Of a DNA stretch of 64,000 nt, positions 47,766 through 57,148 are shown in pieces. A model generated the notes under the pieces. It ran no database searches and was not told the DNA's origin. It saw only the letters and a list, made by a program, of their open reading frames with translations. The first letter of the stretch is position 1. Each line of letters opens with the position of its first letter. The position numbers and the translations under genes were made by a program. The DNA comes from Roseobacter sp. (GTDB lineage Bacteria; Pseudomonadota; Alphaproteobacteria; Rhodobacterales; Rhodobacteraceae): contig PCCY01000007.1 of assembly GCA_002731875.1 (NCBI GenBank), forward strand, positions 22,637 through 86,636. The letters run 5' to 3'.

Positions 47766-49303
47766 GTCTCGACCTGGGCTTCTATTGGGCAATGTTGCTG
47801 CGCCGCCTTTCGGTAATGATGCTGTTTGTGCTTCTGTTCTCGGGCTTCGGGCTTGTAGCTGCGTTTAAATTACCTGAAACATACTCGACCAGTGCGCGGC
47901 TGTTGTTCGAGGCGCCACAAATTCCGTCCAGCATGATCACGCCGGCAGTGCAGGCCGGAGCGGCTGAACAGCTGGATATAATCGAGCAACGGCTGATGAC
48001 GCGGGCAAATCTGATTGATATCGCCAACCGGTTCGACGTGTTCGAGAATATCCGTGGAATGGCACCCGACAGAGTCTTTTCGGCTATGAGAGCCGCGACT
48101 GATATTCGCCGCAGAGGGGGAGCGCGCAACGGGGATCGGGCTACCATGATGACAATCAGCTTTGAGGGCCGCTCTCCGCAGATTGTGGCAAACGTTGTAA
48201 ACGAATACGTAACTCTCGTGTTGCAGGAGAATTCCAAGTTCCGGGTATCCCGAGCCGAAAATACGCTGGAATTCTTTGAGCAAGAGGTCAAAAGGCTGGA
48301 CGAAGAACTGAACCAGCGCAACGTCGCAATCGCCGTATTCAATTCCGAAAACGCCAAAGCGTTGCCCCAAGACCAGCCGTATCGGTTGGGGCGCCAAAGT
48401 CTGTTACAGGAGCGTCTTGAACGGCTTCAGAGGGAGCTCGTCGTCGTCAAGAAGAAGCGCGACCAACTCGAGCTCGGCTTTGACGGACCTGTCGCTACCA
48501 CACTCAACCCGTACGAAGAAAAGCTGATAGTCGGCAGGGCCGAACTTGACAGGCTGACGGCAACTTATGACCAAAATAACCCAAGGGTCATTCGGTTGAA
48601 GGACCAGATAGATCGTTTGGAGGCTATCGTTGCCGCAGGGAACGACACCGGCAATCCAGATACAGCAGGGGCAGAAGCGACTAAACAAGGGGCGATGCTG
48701 GAAGCTGCAAAGGCCGAAGCTGACAGCGAAATCGCGGTACTCGAGGCGCAGATAAGCTCCACCACGACCGAACTGGAAGAAATCAAGAAAAATATTTCGG
48801 AAAGTGGTGCAAACGCATTCCAACTTTCCGAACTACAGCGCGATTATGAGATTATACTAAGCCGGTATACGACGGCGGTGTCCAACCTCAATTCGGCGCG
48901 CATGGGTGAACGCATAGAAGCGACGGCTCAAGGTCAGCGGATCAACGTAATCGAGAACGCCAACGTACCCCAGGTTCCGAGCGGGCCTGACCGTTTTCTA
49001 GTAGCCGCTATGGGCATCTTTGTCGGGGTAGGTCTGGCAATAGGGTATTTCATTTTGTTGGAAGTCTTGAACAGGTCTATTCGTCGTCCGGCCGAACTCA
49101 CCGAAAGGTTCGACATCAAGCCGATCGCTACGATTCCCTATATGGAGACCCACACCACGAAAATAGTGCGTCGCGGTGTACAGGTGGCGGCTCTAGTTGC
49201 CGTTCTTGTTTGTGTGCCCTTGGCGCTTTGGTATGTAGATACATATTATCTTCCGTTGGAAGTGATTGTGCAGAGGAGCTTGGCCAAAATCGGGCTTAGC
49301 TAA
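47762..49303 (+). CDS. Wzz/polysaccharide chain-length-determinant (PCP) protein
   Basis: N-terminal TM then PETYSTSARLL, long coiled-coil, PQVPSGPDR proline motif and a C-terminal TM. 4-nt overlap with the ATPase gene. Confidence 0.8.
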   Translation: MSLDLGFYWAMLLRRLSVMMLFVLLFSGFGLVAAFKLPETYSTSARLLFEAPQIPSSMITPAVQAGAAEQLDIIEQRLMTRANLIDIANRFDVFENIRGMAPDRVFSAMRAATDIRRRGGARNGDRATMMTISFEGRSPQIVANVVNEYVTLVLQENSKFRVSRAENTLEFFEQEVKRLDEELNQRNVAIAVFNSENAKALPQDQPYRLGRQSLLQERLERLQRELVVVKKKRDQLELGFDGPVATTLNPYEEKLIVGRAELDRLTATYDQNNPRVIRLKDQIDRLEAIVAAGNDTGNPDTAGAEATKQGAMLEAAKAEADSEIAVLEAQISSTTTELEEIKKNISESGANAFQLSELQRDYEIILSRYTTAVSNLNSARMGERIEATAQGQRINVIENANVPQVPSGPDRFLVAAMGIFVGVGLAIGYFILLEVLNRSIRRPAELTERFDIKPIATIPYMETHTTKIVRRGVQVAALVAVLVCVPLALWYVDTYYLPLEVIVQRSLAKIGLS

Positions 49304-49328
49304 AGCAGATGAGAGAATTGAAAGTCGA

Positions 49329-50147
49329 ATGGAAAAACTCCAAGCAGCAATTGACAAGGCTCGTTTGTCCCGCAACGAACACAGTGCCGTCCAAACGGCC
49401 GAGCCGATTGCACAGCGATCCCGGGAAAAATCAAATCCGCGTCTGCTTGACCGCTGGCAGGCTTTGACACCCTTCGATGTGCAGGAAAAGCACCTTAGCC
49501 AGAACAGGGTAGTGACGCGGTCAGCCGGCAAGACGGCCACGCCTTTTGACATTTTGCGCACAAAGTCGCTCCTGCAAATGCGTCAAAACGGGTGGAAACG
49601 GTTGGCAATCACGTCGCCAATGCCCGGCTCCGGCAAGACCACGATGGCATGTAACATCGCTCTTGGGCTTGGCCGCCAACGCGACCTGCGTTCCATACTC
49701 TTTGACCTGGACCTGCGCGACCCATCCTTGCGCGATTTCTTTGGTGTCGAGCCGCCCCATGGCATCTCTGATATGTTGACGGGTACCGTACCTTTTGAAG
49801 ATCAGGCCATGCGGTATGGCGAAAATGTTGCGGTTTCGATGGCGCAACGTGCTGAGACAGACCCGACGCGGATATTGCTAGCCGAGGAAACAGCCGGGAA
49901 GCTCGATGCTATCCAGGCGGCCTACGAGCCTGACTTGATGCTTTTTGATCTTCCCTCAGTGTTGGTGAACGACGATACGCGAGCTTTTCTAAAGAACGCT
50001 GACTGCGCCTTGATCGTCGTCCGGGCGGATACAACGAGTTACACCCAATTCGAAACCTGCAAACGCGAAGTCGCCGAGCACACAAACGTTCTCGGTGTCG
50101 TGTTGAACGGCTATCGCCACGACAAGAGATCATTTAGTGCCACGTAA
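49329..50147 (+). CDS. BY-kinase-like P-loop ATPase (separate cytoplasmic partner of the PCP protein)
   Basis: Walker A SPMPGSGKTT, A' LFDLDLRDP, B LMLFDLPS. The C-terminus (NGYRHDKRSFSAT) has a single Tyr only. Confidence 0.7.
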   Translation: MEKLQAAIDKARLSRNEHSAVQTAEPIAQRSREKSNPRLLDRWQALTPFDVQEKHLSQNRVVTRSAGKTATPFDILRTKSLLQMRQNGWKRLAITSPMPGSGKTTMACNIALGLGRQRDLRSILFDLDLRDPSLRDFFGVEPPHGISDMLTGTVPFEDQAMRYGENVAVSMAQRAETDPTRILLAEETAGKLDAIQAAYEPDLMLFDLPSVLVNDDTRAFLKNADCALIVVRADTTSYTQFETCKREVAEHTNVLGVVLNGYRHDKRSFSAT

Positions 50148-50281
50148 TCGTTGCTTATCGGTATGCGACTGGTCGTGAAAGTTTCCCTTTGATCTTCCTG
50201 TTCTGGGCAGCGGTAGATGGACCTGTCGCGGTTTGATGCCGCTCCTTTGATTGCATTTAGTGCAGCACAGGAGGGTTTCTA

Positions 50282-50497
50282 TTGAACACCTACGACGGGT
50301 CACAGATGACGGAAGAGCTGAAGGAAATCGGCATGGACGTCGGATATCGGCTGGTTGGCAGGATGAAGCGCCAGAATGGTTTTTCCGTCGTCAAAACCTG
50401 CAAGCACAAGTTTACGATAGAACGTGTCCGCAAGTTCAACGTGGCGCCGACCCTGTCAGAACGAGACTTCACCGCTGATCAACCCAACCAGAAATAG
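50282..50497 (+). mobile_element. IS3-family transposase OrfB fragment (pseudogene)
   Basis: GYRLVGRMKRQNGFSVVKTCKHKFTIERVRKFNVAPTLSERDFTADQPNQK matches the ...RLMR..GL......P.N.L.R.F.A..PN.KW segment just before the DDE core. Stop follows, and downstream frames are broken to about 50.9 kb. Confidence 0.6.
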
Positions 50498-50815
50498 GCC
50501 GGTGGCATCAGCTATGACTGGATCGGCGTCGTCACCACTCAGCACAGGCATGAAAAAGCCCGGTCGCATTCGAACGAAAGGTGGCTTAAACGAACACCGT
50601 GCGCGGCACGAAAGCGGGACCGGTCCATGACGGCGACATGATAGACGTGGGTTGACACTGTGATGGGATGCGCTGACTTCATGATGTCCAACAACCCCGG
50701 ATGCCCCAAATAGGCCGGACACATGTCGCTGCCGAACAACCTGCTCACGGTGCCGATAAGTTTGCCAAACCGGAACCGTCCATAGTTGCCGATATTGTGT
50801 CACTTGCTGAACGCA

Positions 50816-50844
50816 AAGGATATCGGTTTTTAACCGATATCCTT
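50816..50844. repeat. perfect 13-bp inverted repeat (AAGGATATCGGTT ttt AACCGATATCCTT)
   Basis: Seen directly, about 80 nt beyond the stop of the minus-strand export gene. Could act as its terminator hairpin, but no clear U-tract. Confidence 0.5.
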
Positions 50845-50922
50845 CGATGTTCGAACTGACGAGCACATGCCCTGGATTTCCTGAAGCAAATCAAACAGGC
50901 TGTATATAGGACTCGTTTGCGA

Positions 50923-52065
50923 TCATAGTCCGTTGTTAGTCGTCAGGCCCGCAGTTCGCGCTGCTCTTACCGAACCGACCAGTACACTGAGTGTTTTTGT
51001 CCATTGTACGTAAGGTGCTTCGGTGACATAAAGCGTATCCCCGTCCCGCATGTCGAAATTCCGCGCAAGGGGAACTCCGTTCGGCTTGGTCAGGTCCAGC
51101 ACGTAGATAATGGTTTTGTCGCTGAGGTGATTGCCGCGGCCAAATCCTTTGATGTCGCTTTTTGCCTGTACGTTGCGGATGACGAACAGACCGGTCGGAT
51201 CGGCGATCGATCCATCCAGACCTCCCACCTGTGCGAGCGCTTGAAGTGCCGACAGATGTCTCATGCCAAACGGTACGTTTGCCTGTAATCCGGTTGCCCC
51301 GAGAACAGTAAACACACGGGGATCACGCTGAACAAGAACACGGTCGCCGGCGTATAGCGCTATGTCGAATTCGGGGCGATCATATATGTCCTCGAACCAT
51401 ATCTCACCTTTGGTATGGTTGCGCAGTACGGTAATGCGCGCCACTTCCGACGGCGCTGTGATCCCGCCTGCGGTGGCCAGCATTTCCATCAACCTGCGAC
51501 TGGACCGCTGGATAGGATAGACGCCTTGCGACGCGATGCCGTCGCCGAGGATCGAGACGGTCGCACCGTCGCCAGGCGCGCGTTGCACCAACACCTGAGG
51601 CTGCGGTGTCTGGATGTTCAGCTTATTTGTAATAATTCGCCGAAGCGCTTCGGGCGTATTGCCTGCGGCGCGAATTCGTCCTGCGTAGGGAATAAAAATG
51701 AAACCGGCTTCATCCACTTGGAGTGCGTTGAGGGTGGCCGCGCCACTGTTGCCTCGGCTTAGCACTCCGTCATCTACGTTCTCGTAAATGGTGAATGACA
51801 GCGTGTCGCCCGGCCGAATTTGGTCAGGAGCAGAGGAGCTACCATCCACGAATACATGAGGAAAGCCGCTGTCAGCTGGAAGAGCCACCGCACGGGTAAC
51901 ATTTTCATCTACCACCACAATTTCGGTATTGCTGTATTTGTCCATTTTGACATCAAGCAGCTCGGCTTTCTTCGGGCCGGAACGTGGTAAGCCGCAAGCA
52001 CCAAGTGCGGATACAAGGACAATAGTAAACAGAATTTTTGTCATTCGAGTAAACAATTGTTTCAT
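50923..52065 (-). CDS. Wza-type outer-membrane polysaccharide export lipoprotein
   Basis: Start at MKQLF (RBS GGAAG). Lipobox LVSALGACG. PGDTLSFTIYE export motif and SLBB-like repeats (GDRVLV, DGDTLYV). Confidence 0.85.
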   Translation of the reverse strand: MKQLFTRMTKILFTIVLVSALGACGLPRSGPKKAELLDVKMDKYSNTEIVVVDENVTRAVALPADSGFPHVFVDGSSSAPDQIRPGDTLSFTIYENVDDGVLSRGNSGAATLNALQVDEAGFIFIPYAGRIRAAGNTPEALRRIITNKLNIQTPQPQVLVQRAPGDGATVSILGDGIASQGVYPIQRSSRRLMEMLATAGGITAPSEVARITVLRNHTKGEIWFEDIYDRPEFDIALYAGDRVLVQRDPRVFTVLGATGLQANVPFGMRHLSALQALAQVGGLDGSIADPTGLFVIRNVQAKSDIKGFGRGNHLSDKTIIYVLDLTKPNGVPLARNFDMRDGDTLYVTEAPYVQWTKTLSVLVGSVRAARTAGLTTNNGL

Positions 52066-52517
52066 ATTATAGCTTCCGTTTCTTTCGGATGACATCGCGC
52101 GCATAGCTCACTGCCAGTATTTTCAAGAAGAATTATTCAACTTCAAATGATTTAAATACATAAAGGTAGAAATTAAGCAATCGCGCGATACACGGATTTC
52201 GAATGTGTTGCAGACGAGGTTCATCTTTTAGGTTCGGCCCGATTGACGCAGGGCCCGAACGGCAACCCCACCGCGGAAAATCCCTTCTCATTTTCCATAG
52301 CGCGGGCGTGAAGCCCGTTTCCCGATACACGCGGTGACGATCAGTTTCGTCCCAGAGTGCGGATTTAGCCTGGATACAAGTGCGATGATGACCCCGGGAC
52401 CAGTGCTGTCAGCCGTCGGGATCAGCGCGTCGCTGCGTTACCTATCACGAATTTTGAGAACGAGCGGCCCGCCAATTAAGGCGAACGCTGCTCGTCAGAT
52501 GTTCTTGTATGATTGGT

Positions 52518-54968
52518 TCAATTCTCGATCGTGGGTGATTTTTGCAGACTTTGAACAAGCGCCCGTGCCTCTTCGATCTGGGGCCGGGTATCGGCTGCTC
52601 CTGCTACCGATACTGCTTTACGAAATTGTTCAAGCGCATCCTGCGGACGGTTTTGGCTGATGTATGCCTGGCCCAAGTGGTACTGAACAATAGCATCCTC
52701 TGGTAGCCCCTTCGCCGCAGCTTCAAGATAGGGTAGGGCTTCGGCGCTGTTTTCACGCCGGTGAAGGATCCAACCAAAGGTATCCATCAATGCCGGGGCA
52801 TTGGCCTCGCGAAATCTACGTGCGATGCTCCAGGCGCGGTTCAGGCTTTCCTCATCCTCGCGATAGGTCGCAAGCAGGCTTGCCAGGTTGTTGGCGACGA
52901 CAATCGAGTTTGAATTGTCTTCATAGAGCGCTTGGTAGATATCAATCGCCCCATCAATGTTCCCGTCCCTTTCGGCCAACGATGCTTTTGCCCAAAGCAG
53001 CTCTGGGTTTTTGGGCAGGTGGCCGAGGCCCTCGTCGATGGTAGCCTCGGCTGCATCGGGATCGCCCTGCCTTAGCTCCAATCGGGATAATTCAAGCCAG
53101 ATTCTGGGTCGGATCGGATTCGTCGCAAGAAGATCACGGTAAAGGGTCGCGGCCGCATCCAGATCACCATTCGCGACTTGGGTCGAGGCCAGCACGAAGT
53201 CCAGCGTTTCGTCGTCGGGGTTTTCGTTTTTCAGCGCCCGCGCGAGGGCGAGGGCACCGGTTTTGTCCTTTATATTTAGCCTAGCGCGAACCAGACCGAT
53301 TTTCGTGGCGAGGTTGGATTCAGCGCCTGTGGCCAAGTCGTCAAGGAAAGACAAGGCCGAGTCGATACCACTCTGTCCACTAAGCCGTTCGGCCTCTATC
53401 CCGTTGGCCGCTTGAATCGCTGCATCGCTTCCAATGCGACGCAGGGTGCCGACGACACCTTGGACGCGATTGAAATCTTCCGTTTGCAGATAGAGCTGAC
53501 CCAGTGTGATCAAGATATCGGTATTGGTCGGGGCAAGCCGCAGAGCCGCCACCAGGATATCCTCGGCCGGGAGATAGCGCTTTTCTCCCATCAGCAACTG
53601 GGCATAGCGAAGCGTTTCCGTTGGAGCGTTGCCGGACGCTTCCACCGCTTGTGCGTAAAAATCCTTGGCCAGTCCGGGCTGACCGGCGCGAGAGTATGCG
53701 TTGGCGATCAGGGTCATTGCCGCAGCGTCTTGTGGATTCTGGTCAAGTGCGGTCCGAAGCGCGCCGGTCGCAGCGTCGGTGTCGTCCGCTTCAATTTGCC
53801 AGGCGGCCTGCATTTTGAGCGCGTCTGGCTGGGTTGGCTGTTCGGTCAGAACTTCCTCTACCAGTGTCCGGGCACCTACGTTGTTCCCCGTGGCAAGAAG
53901 CATCTTGGCAAGCGTTATCTTGAGATCGAGCGACTGATCTGATGGTTCGGCTTTCGACAGCACGTCCTGAAGGGTTGCGATGGCTTCGTCGTGATTTCCG
54001 AGCGAGAATTCGAACCGCGCTTCAATAATCTGGAATGGCACCGGATCAGCGCGTTCCGAGAGAGCCTTGCTGATCTCGGCGCGAACATCCTCGGGGTCAC
54101 GGAATTCCGCCAGAAAGCGGATCAGATCAAGTGTCGGACCGGGATCTTCAGAGCCGGAGGCGACCACCAGATCGCGCAATACGCCCTCTGCCGCATCCAG
54201 ATTATTCCGCGAAACGTAGTATCGGATAAGCGTTTCTCTGTTCGATGGATCATCGGGGAAAATTTTCATCATCTCGCGCAGTTGCGCCTCGACAGCGGTC
54301 TCATCGCCAATCGTTGACAATACTCGAAGGCGCTCTTGATAGTGGCTAAGCTTTGTGGGGTCGAAATCGATCATCCAATCGATTTGTGCCAGTGCTTGCG
54401 TATAATCCTGCTCGCGAAGTGCGTTATCTATAAGAGTGTTTCGCAACAGCACGTTTTCCGGTTGATCGCCAAGCATATCGCTGGCCTTGCTTGCAAGACT
54501 GCGACGGGTACCTGCATCATTATCGTTAATCGCAACCCGGTAACTCCGTACCAGAGCGATGGCTTTTACGCGCGGATTGTCTGGTGCCAATTCCTCGGCG
54601 CGGGAACTATGGCGATCGAACTCGTCCCAGCTTCCCGAGGAAAAAGCCATTTCGGAAAGGATAATGCGGCTGTCAAGATCATCGGGAAACGTCTCGGCGA
54701 GGCGAAGATACTGACGATAGGCCCCTTGCCGGTTGCCTTTTTCCAACAGCAGTTCCGCCAGCGTTTGACGCGCAGCCTTGTGAGTGGCGTCCAAGGTAAC
54801 GGCGTTACGCAGCTCGACCACAGCGCGGTCGATATCTTTTTCAGAGATCAGGACAAGAGCGCTTTGATAATGTTGTTCTGCGCGTTCTTCGACTGAATCG
54901 CAGGCGGATAAAAATAGAGCGCTGCTCAATAGAATGACAGCCGACACCAGGTTTTTGAGGGCGCGCAC
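52518..54968 (-). CDS. prsT: PrsT-like PEP-CTERM-system TPR-repeat lipoprotein
   Basis: GTG start. Lipobox LFLSACDS. 816 aa of back-to-back TPR-like repeats. Sits upstream of the export gene, as in PEP-CTERM loci. Confidence 0.75.
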   Translation of the reverse strand: MRALKNLVSAVILLSSALFLSACDSVEERAEQHYQSALVLISEKDIDRAVVELRNAVTLDATHKAARQTLAELLLEKGNRQGAYRQYLRLAETFPDDLDSRIILSEMAFSSGSWDEFDRHSSRAEELAPDNPRVKAIALVRSYRVAINDNDAGTRRSLASKASDMLGDQPENVLLRNTLIDNALREQDYTQALAQIDWMIDFDPTKLSHYQERLRVLSTIGDETAVEAQLREMMKIFPDDPSNRETLIRYYVSRNNLDAAEGVLRDLVVASGSEDPGPTLDLIRFLAEFRDPEDVRAEISKALSERADPVPFQIIEARFEFSLGNHDEAIATLQDVLSKAEPSDQSLDLKITLAKMLLATGNNVGARTLVEEVLTEQPTQPDALKMQAAWQIEADDTDAATGALRTALDQNPQDAAAMTLIANAYSRAGQPGLAKDFYAQAVEASGNAPTETLRYAQLLMGEKRYLPAEDILVAALRLAPTNTDILITLGQLYLQTEDFNRVQGVVGTLRRIGSDAAIQAANGIEAERLSGQSGIDSALSFLDDLATGAESNLATKIGLVRARLNIKDKTGALALARALKNENPDDETLDFVLASTQVANGDLDAAATLYRDLLATNPIRPRIWLELSRLELRQGDPDAAEATIDEGLGHLPKNPELLWAKASLAERDGNIDGAIDIYQALYEDNSNSIVVANNLASLLATYREDEESLNRAWSIARRFREANAPALMDTFGWILHRRENSAEALPYLEAAAKGLPEDAIVQYHLGQAYISQNRPQDALEQFRKAVSVAGAADTRPQIEEARALVQSLQKSPTIEN

Positions 54969-55281
54969 AGAAAAAGTCCTTAATAATGAATCATTTCGCG
55001 TCAGGAACCGAAAATTGGCCCTGTGTTGTTTGTCGCTGAATTCTAGCCGGTCGGCAAGGCCTTGGTGCCGATAGGAGACTTAGGCGACAATATTGATGCC
55101 ACACGACCGGTTTCAAGAATTTCTGCCCGCGCACGCGGTCACGTTACTGCCGTCCATACCAGTGACCCCCTTGGTTTCGCTCAGGACGGTGTTGCGCTCT
55201 GATAGACCTGCGCCCGCGTCTTTCCCCTAGTAACCGCGAAAGGCCGACAGGTTGGGCTGCCCGTCGTCTGAATAAATTCGT

Positions 55282-55959
55282 TCAGCGGCCCCAACACAGC
55301 GCTGGTTCATTGGCTGGCCACAAATTGCGGGGTAGGAGGGAGATAAACCAGCTTGCTATAAACTTGCTGAACTCGACGAGATCGATGCGCAGTTTATTAT
55401 AGTCGGCAGGGGAATCCGAAATCACCCGCACGACGGATATAGGAGCGATGGTGTGTTGCAACGCAATCGATGCCCGCGCCATATGTGGTTGAGAGGTGAT
55501 AAGAGTGACGGCCTGGATATCCGGCTGAACATCCAGCCAGCATCCCGCTTCAAGCGCGTTCTCAAGCGTTGTATGTGCGTCCGGAGCAAGGACCAGTTTT
55601 CCCGTCGCAATCCAGTCGGTTTGCTGGTCGGTAAGTCCGAATTGCGCAGGAAAGCGTGCGGGCTCAAGCCCCGCATCGCCATTCACGCCAGTGATAAACA
55701 GTCTATCGACCCTGCCCGAAGAAAGCATCTCGAGACCCGATCGAATGCGATCAAAGTCACCCGTGAAAACGATTGCGGTAGAGGGTATGTCACTGCTGAG
55801 CTCGTAAGGTTCGGATCGCGACATGAAGTCGATCAAGAGAAGCCCGATAATAACTGCTGCGATGCCAACCACCGCAAGCAGGCGGAAAAACAGCCCAATA
55901 ATGGCAGAAATCACTGACAAAAGATGCCACCCTTCGAATACGGTCTCATTCTTTTCCAC
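55282..55959 (-). CDS. DUF218/SanA-YdcF family membrane protein (second copy in the window)
   Basis: GTG start. N-terminal TM, AIVFTGDFDRI, LFITGVNG, LITSQPHMARA. Confidence 0.7.
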   Translation of the reverse strand: MEKNETVFEGWHLLSVISAIIGLFFRLLAVVGIAAVIIGLLLIDFMSRSEPYELSSDIPSTAIVFTGDFDRIRSGLEMLSSGRVDRLFITGVNGDAGLEPARFPAQFGLTDQQTDWIATGKLVLAPDAHTTLENALEAGCWLDVQPDIQAVTLITSQPHMARASIALQHTIAPISVVRVISDSPADYNKLRIDLVEFSKFIASWFISLLPRNLWPANEPALCWGR

Positions 55960-56227
55960 TCTCTCACTCGAATGTCATCGCAGAGATTGGAGAGGAGACA
56001 ACTCCGTCTCCCGTGATGCGGTACGCGGGCGCTATCGTCAAGATGGCCCGAAGAAAATCGTTAAAGCCGCCAACCCCATTAGCGTGCAACTAATCGCACT
56101 ATGGGCAGCAAGGTTTGCAGTGTGGTTATTTTTTGGCCAAACGGACATTGCCCGGGTCGGCACCCTGAGGATGGCGCGCCTGGGAAGTGTGCTTGGAGAT
56201 TTAACATCGAATGTTGCAGGCAAGCCC

Positions 56228-56914
56228 TCAGGTACGGCGGCGCGCCATGTAATCAAGAAGCAAGGCACCAATCCAACCACCGAGGAATCCTCCTAGATGA
56301 GCTTGCCAGGCAAGTTGGCCGGACATTGCCCACCACATAACAAGGTTCAATGCCACAAGGAGCGCGATAACCTTCGCGACATCTTCTATTCCTTCCCGAA
56401 CGGTGTACCGGTCCATGTATTCCCAGGCCAAAAGCGCACCTAGCAAACCAAACAATGCACCCGATGTGCCGACCATGGGGCGAAGGCCCGGGGCCAACAG
56501 AGCGAAACCCGCGGCACCGCTCAGGCTCGAGGCAACATACAGAAAGGTAAATGTCCCAATGCTTGCTCGCTTCAGTATTGCACGGCCTAAGGACCAAAGG
56601 CTGATCATGTTCACCGAAAGATGTACCAAACCGCCATGCAAAAAGGCGTAGGTGACGAACATCGCATACGGCTGCGCGAGATAATTGGGTTTCCAGTTCC
56701 CAAGTAGCCCCGGCCAAAAAGCGCCGTAATCATAGGCCAGTGGACGCAAACGGACAGGCCCGAGCGCGCCAGAGTCAGCAAGGCTCAAGGTGATCTCGAT
56801 CACGCAGTACACAGCAATCATGCTGTAAAGGAACTGATTTTTCGGTTTCAGCGCGGTCTCCAGCGTCTGGGTGGCAACCGGACGCCGAAGTTGCCTCTGT
56901 TTCGCCCGATACAT
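56228..56914 (-). CDS. rhomboid-family intramembrane serine protease
   Basis: Six TM helices. HGGLVHLSVNM, catalytic GTSGALFGLLGA and HLGGFLGGW. ATG 56914 has RBS GGAGAAG (GTG 56926 is the alternative). Confidence 0.8.
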   Translation of the reverse strand: MYRAKQRQLRRPVATQTLETALKPKNQFLYSMIAVYCVIEITLSLADSGALGPVRLRPLAYDYGAFWPGLLGNWKPNYLAQPYAMFVTYAFLHGGLVHLSVNMISLWSLGRAILKRASIGTFTFLYVASSLSGAAGFALLAPGLRPMVGTSGALFGLLGALLAWEYMDRYTVREGIEDVAKVIALLVALNLVMWWAMSGQLAWQAHLGGFLGGWIGALLLDYMARRRT

Positions 56915-57005
56915 GATCTTCTCCACCTAAGTGACGTGGTATGCAACCCGCACGAAGCTCGGTTACACATAGTACCGAGGAAAACACTCCCAGCTAGCCG
57001 ACGCG

Positions 57006-57045
57006 AGCCTTATTCTAGCCTTATTTTCACCTTATTCTGTTGACA
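57006..57045 (+). promoter_or_regulatory. three phased 11-bp direct repeats (AGCCTTATTCT / AGCCTTATTTT / CACCTTATTCT) abutting a TTGACA -35 hexamer
   Basis: The repeats at 57006-57038, with an exact 11-nt period, are seen directly. TTGACA at 57040-57045, then GATAAC after 16 nt. Lies about 100 nt upstream of the VPLPA-CTERM gene. Promoter/activator-site function is inferred. Confidence 0.5.
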
Positions 57046-57148
57046 GCGCGGGTTTCGAAGCGATAACGTCATAGAAGGTAAAACTATTTTTAGAATCGCC
57101 TGCTGTGTAAATTAAGCATTCACAGCGGTATTATTGGGGGAAGTTATT

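Noticed and set aside
50244-50257. Identical 14-mer CCTTTGATTGCATT just upstream of both plus-strand IS3 remnants (50244-50257 and 61934-61947), possibly a shared IS end that would make 50.2-62 kb a composite unit.
   Set aside because: The sequences diverge immediately on both sides. Several random 14-mer matches are expected among about 2e9 position pairs in 64 kb. It is not enough to call terminal repeats.
52186-52330. 9-mer CGATACACG occurring twice in the TPR-export intergenic region, plus an imperfect hairpin GTTCGGCCC...GGGCCCGAAC.
   Set aside because: A repeated 9-mer within 400 bp is only marginally unexpected. The hairpin has a bulge and no U-tract. No supporting context.
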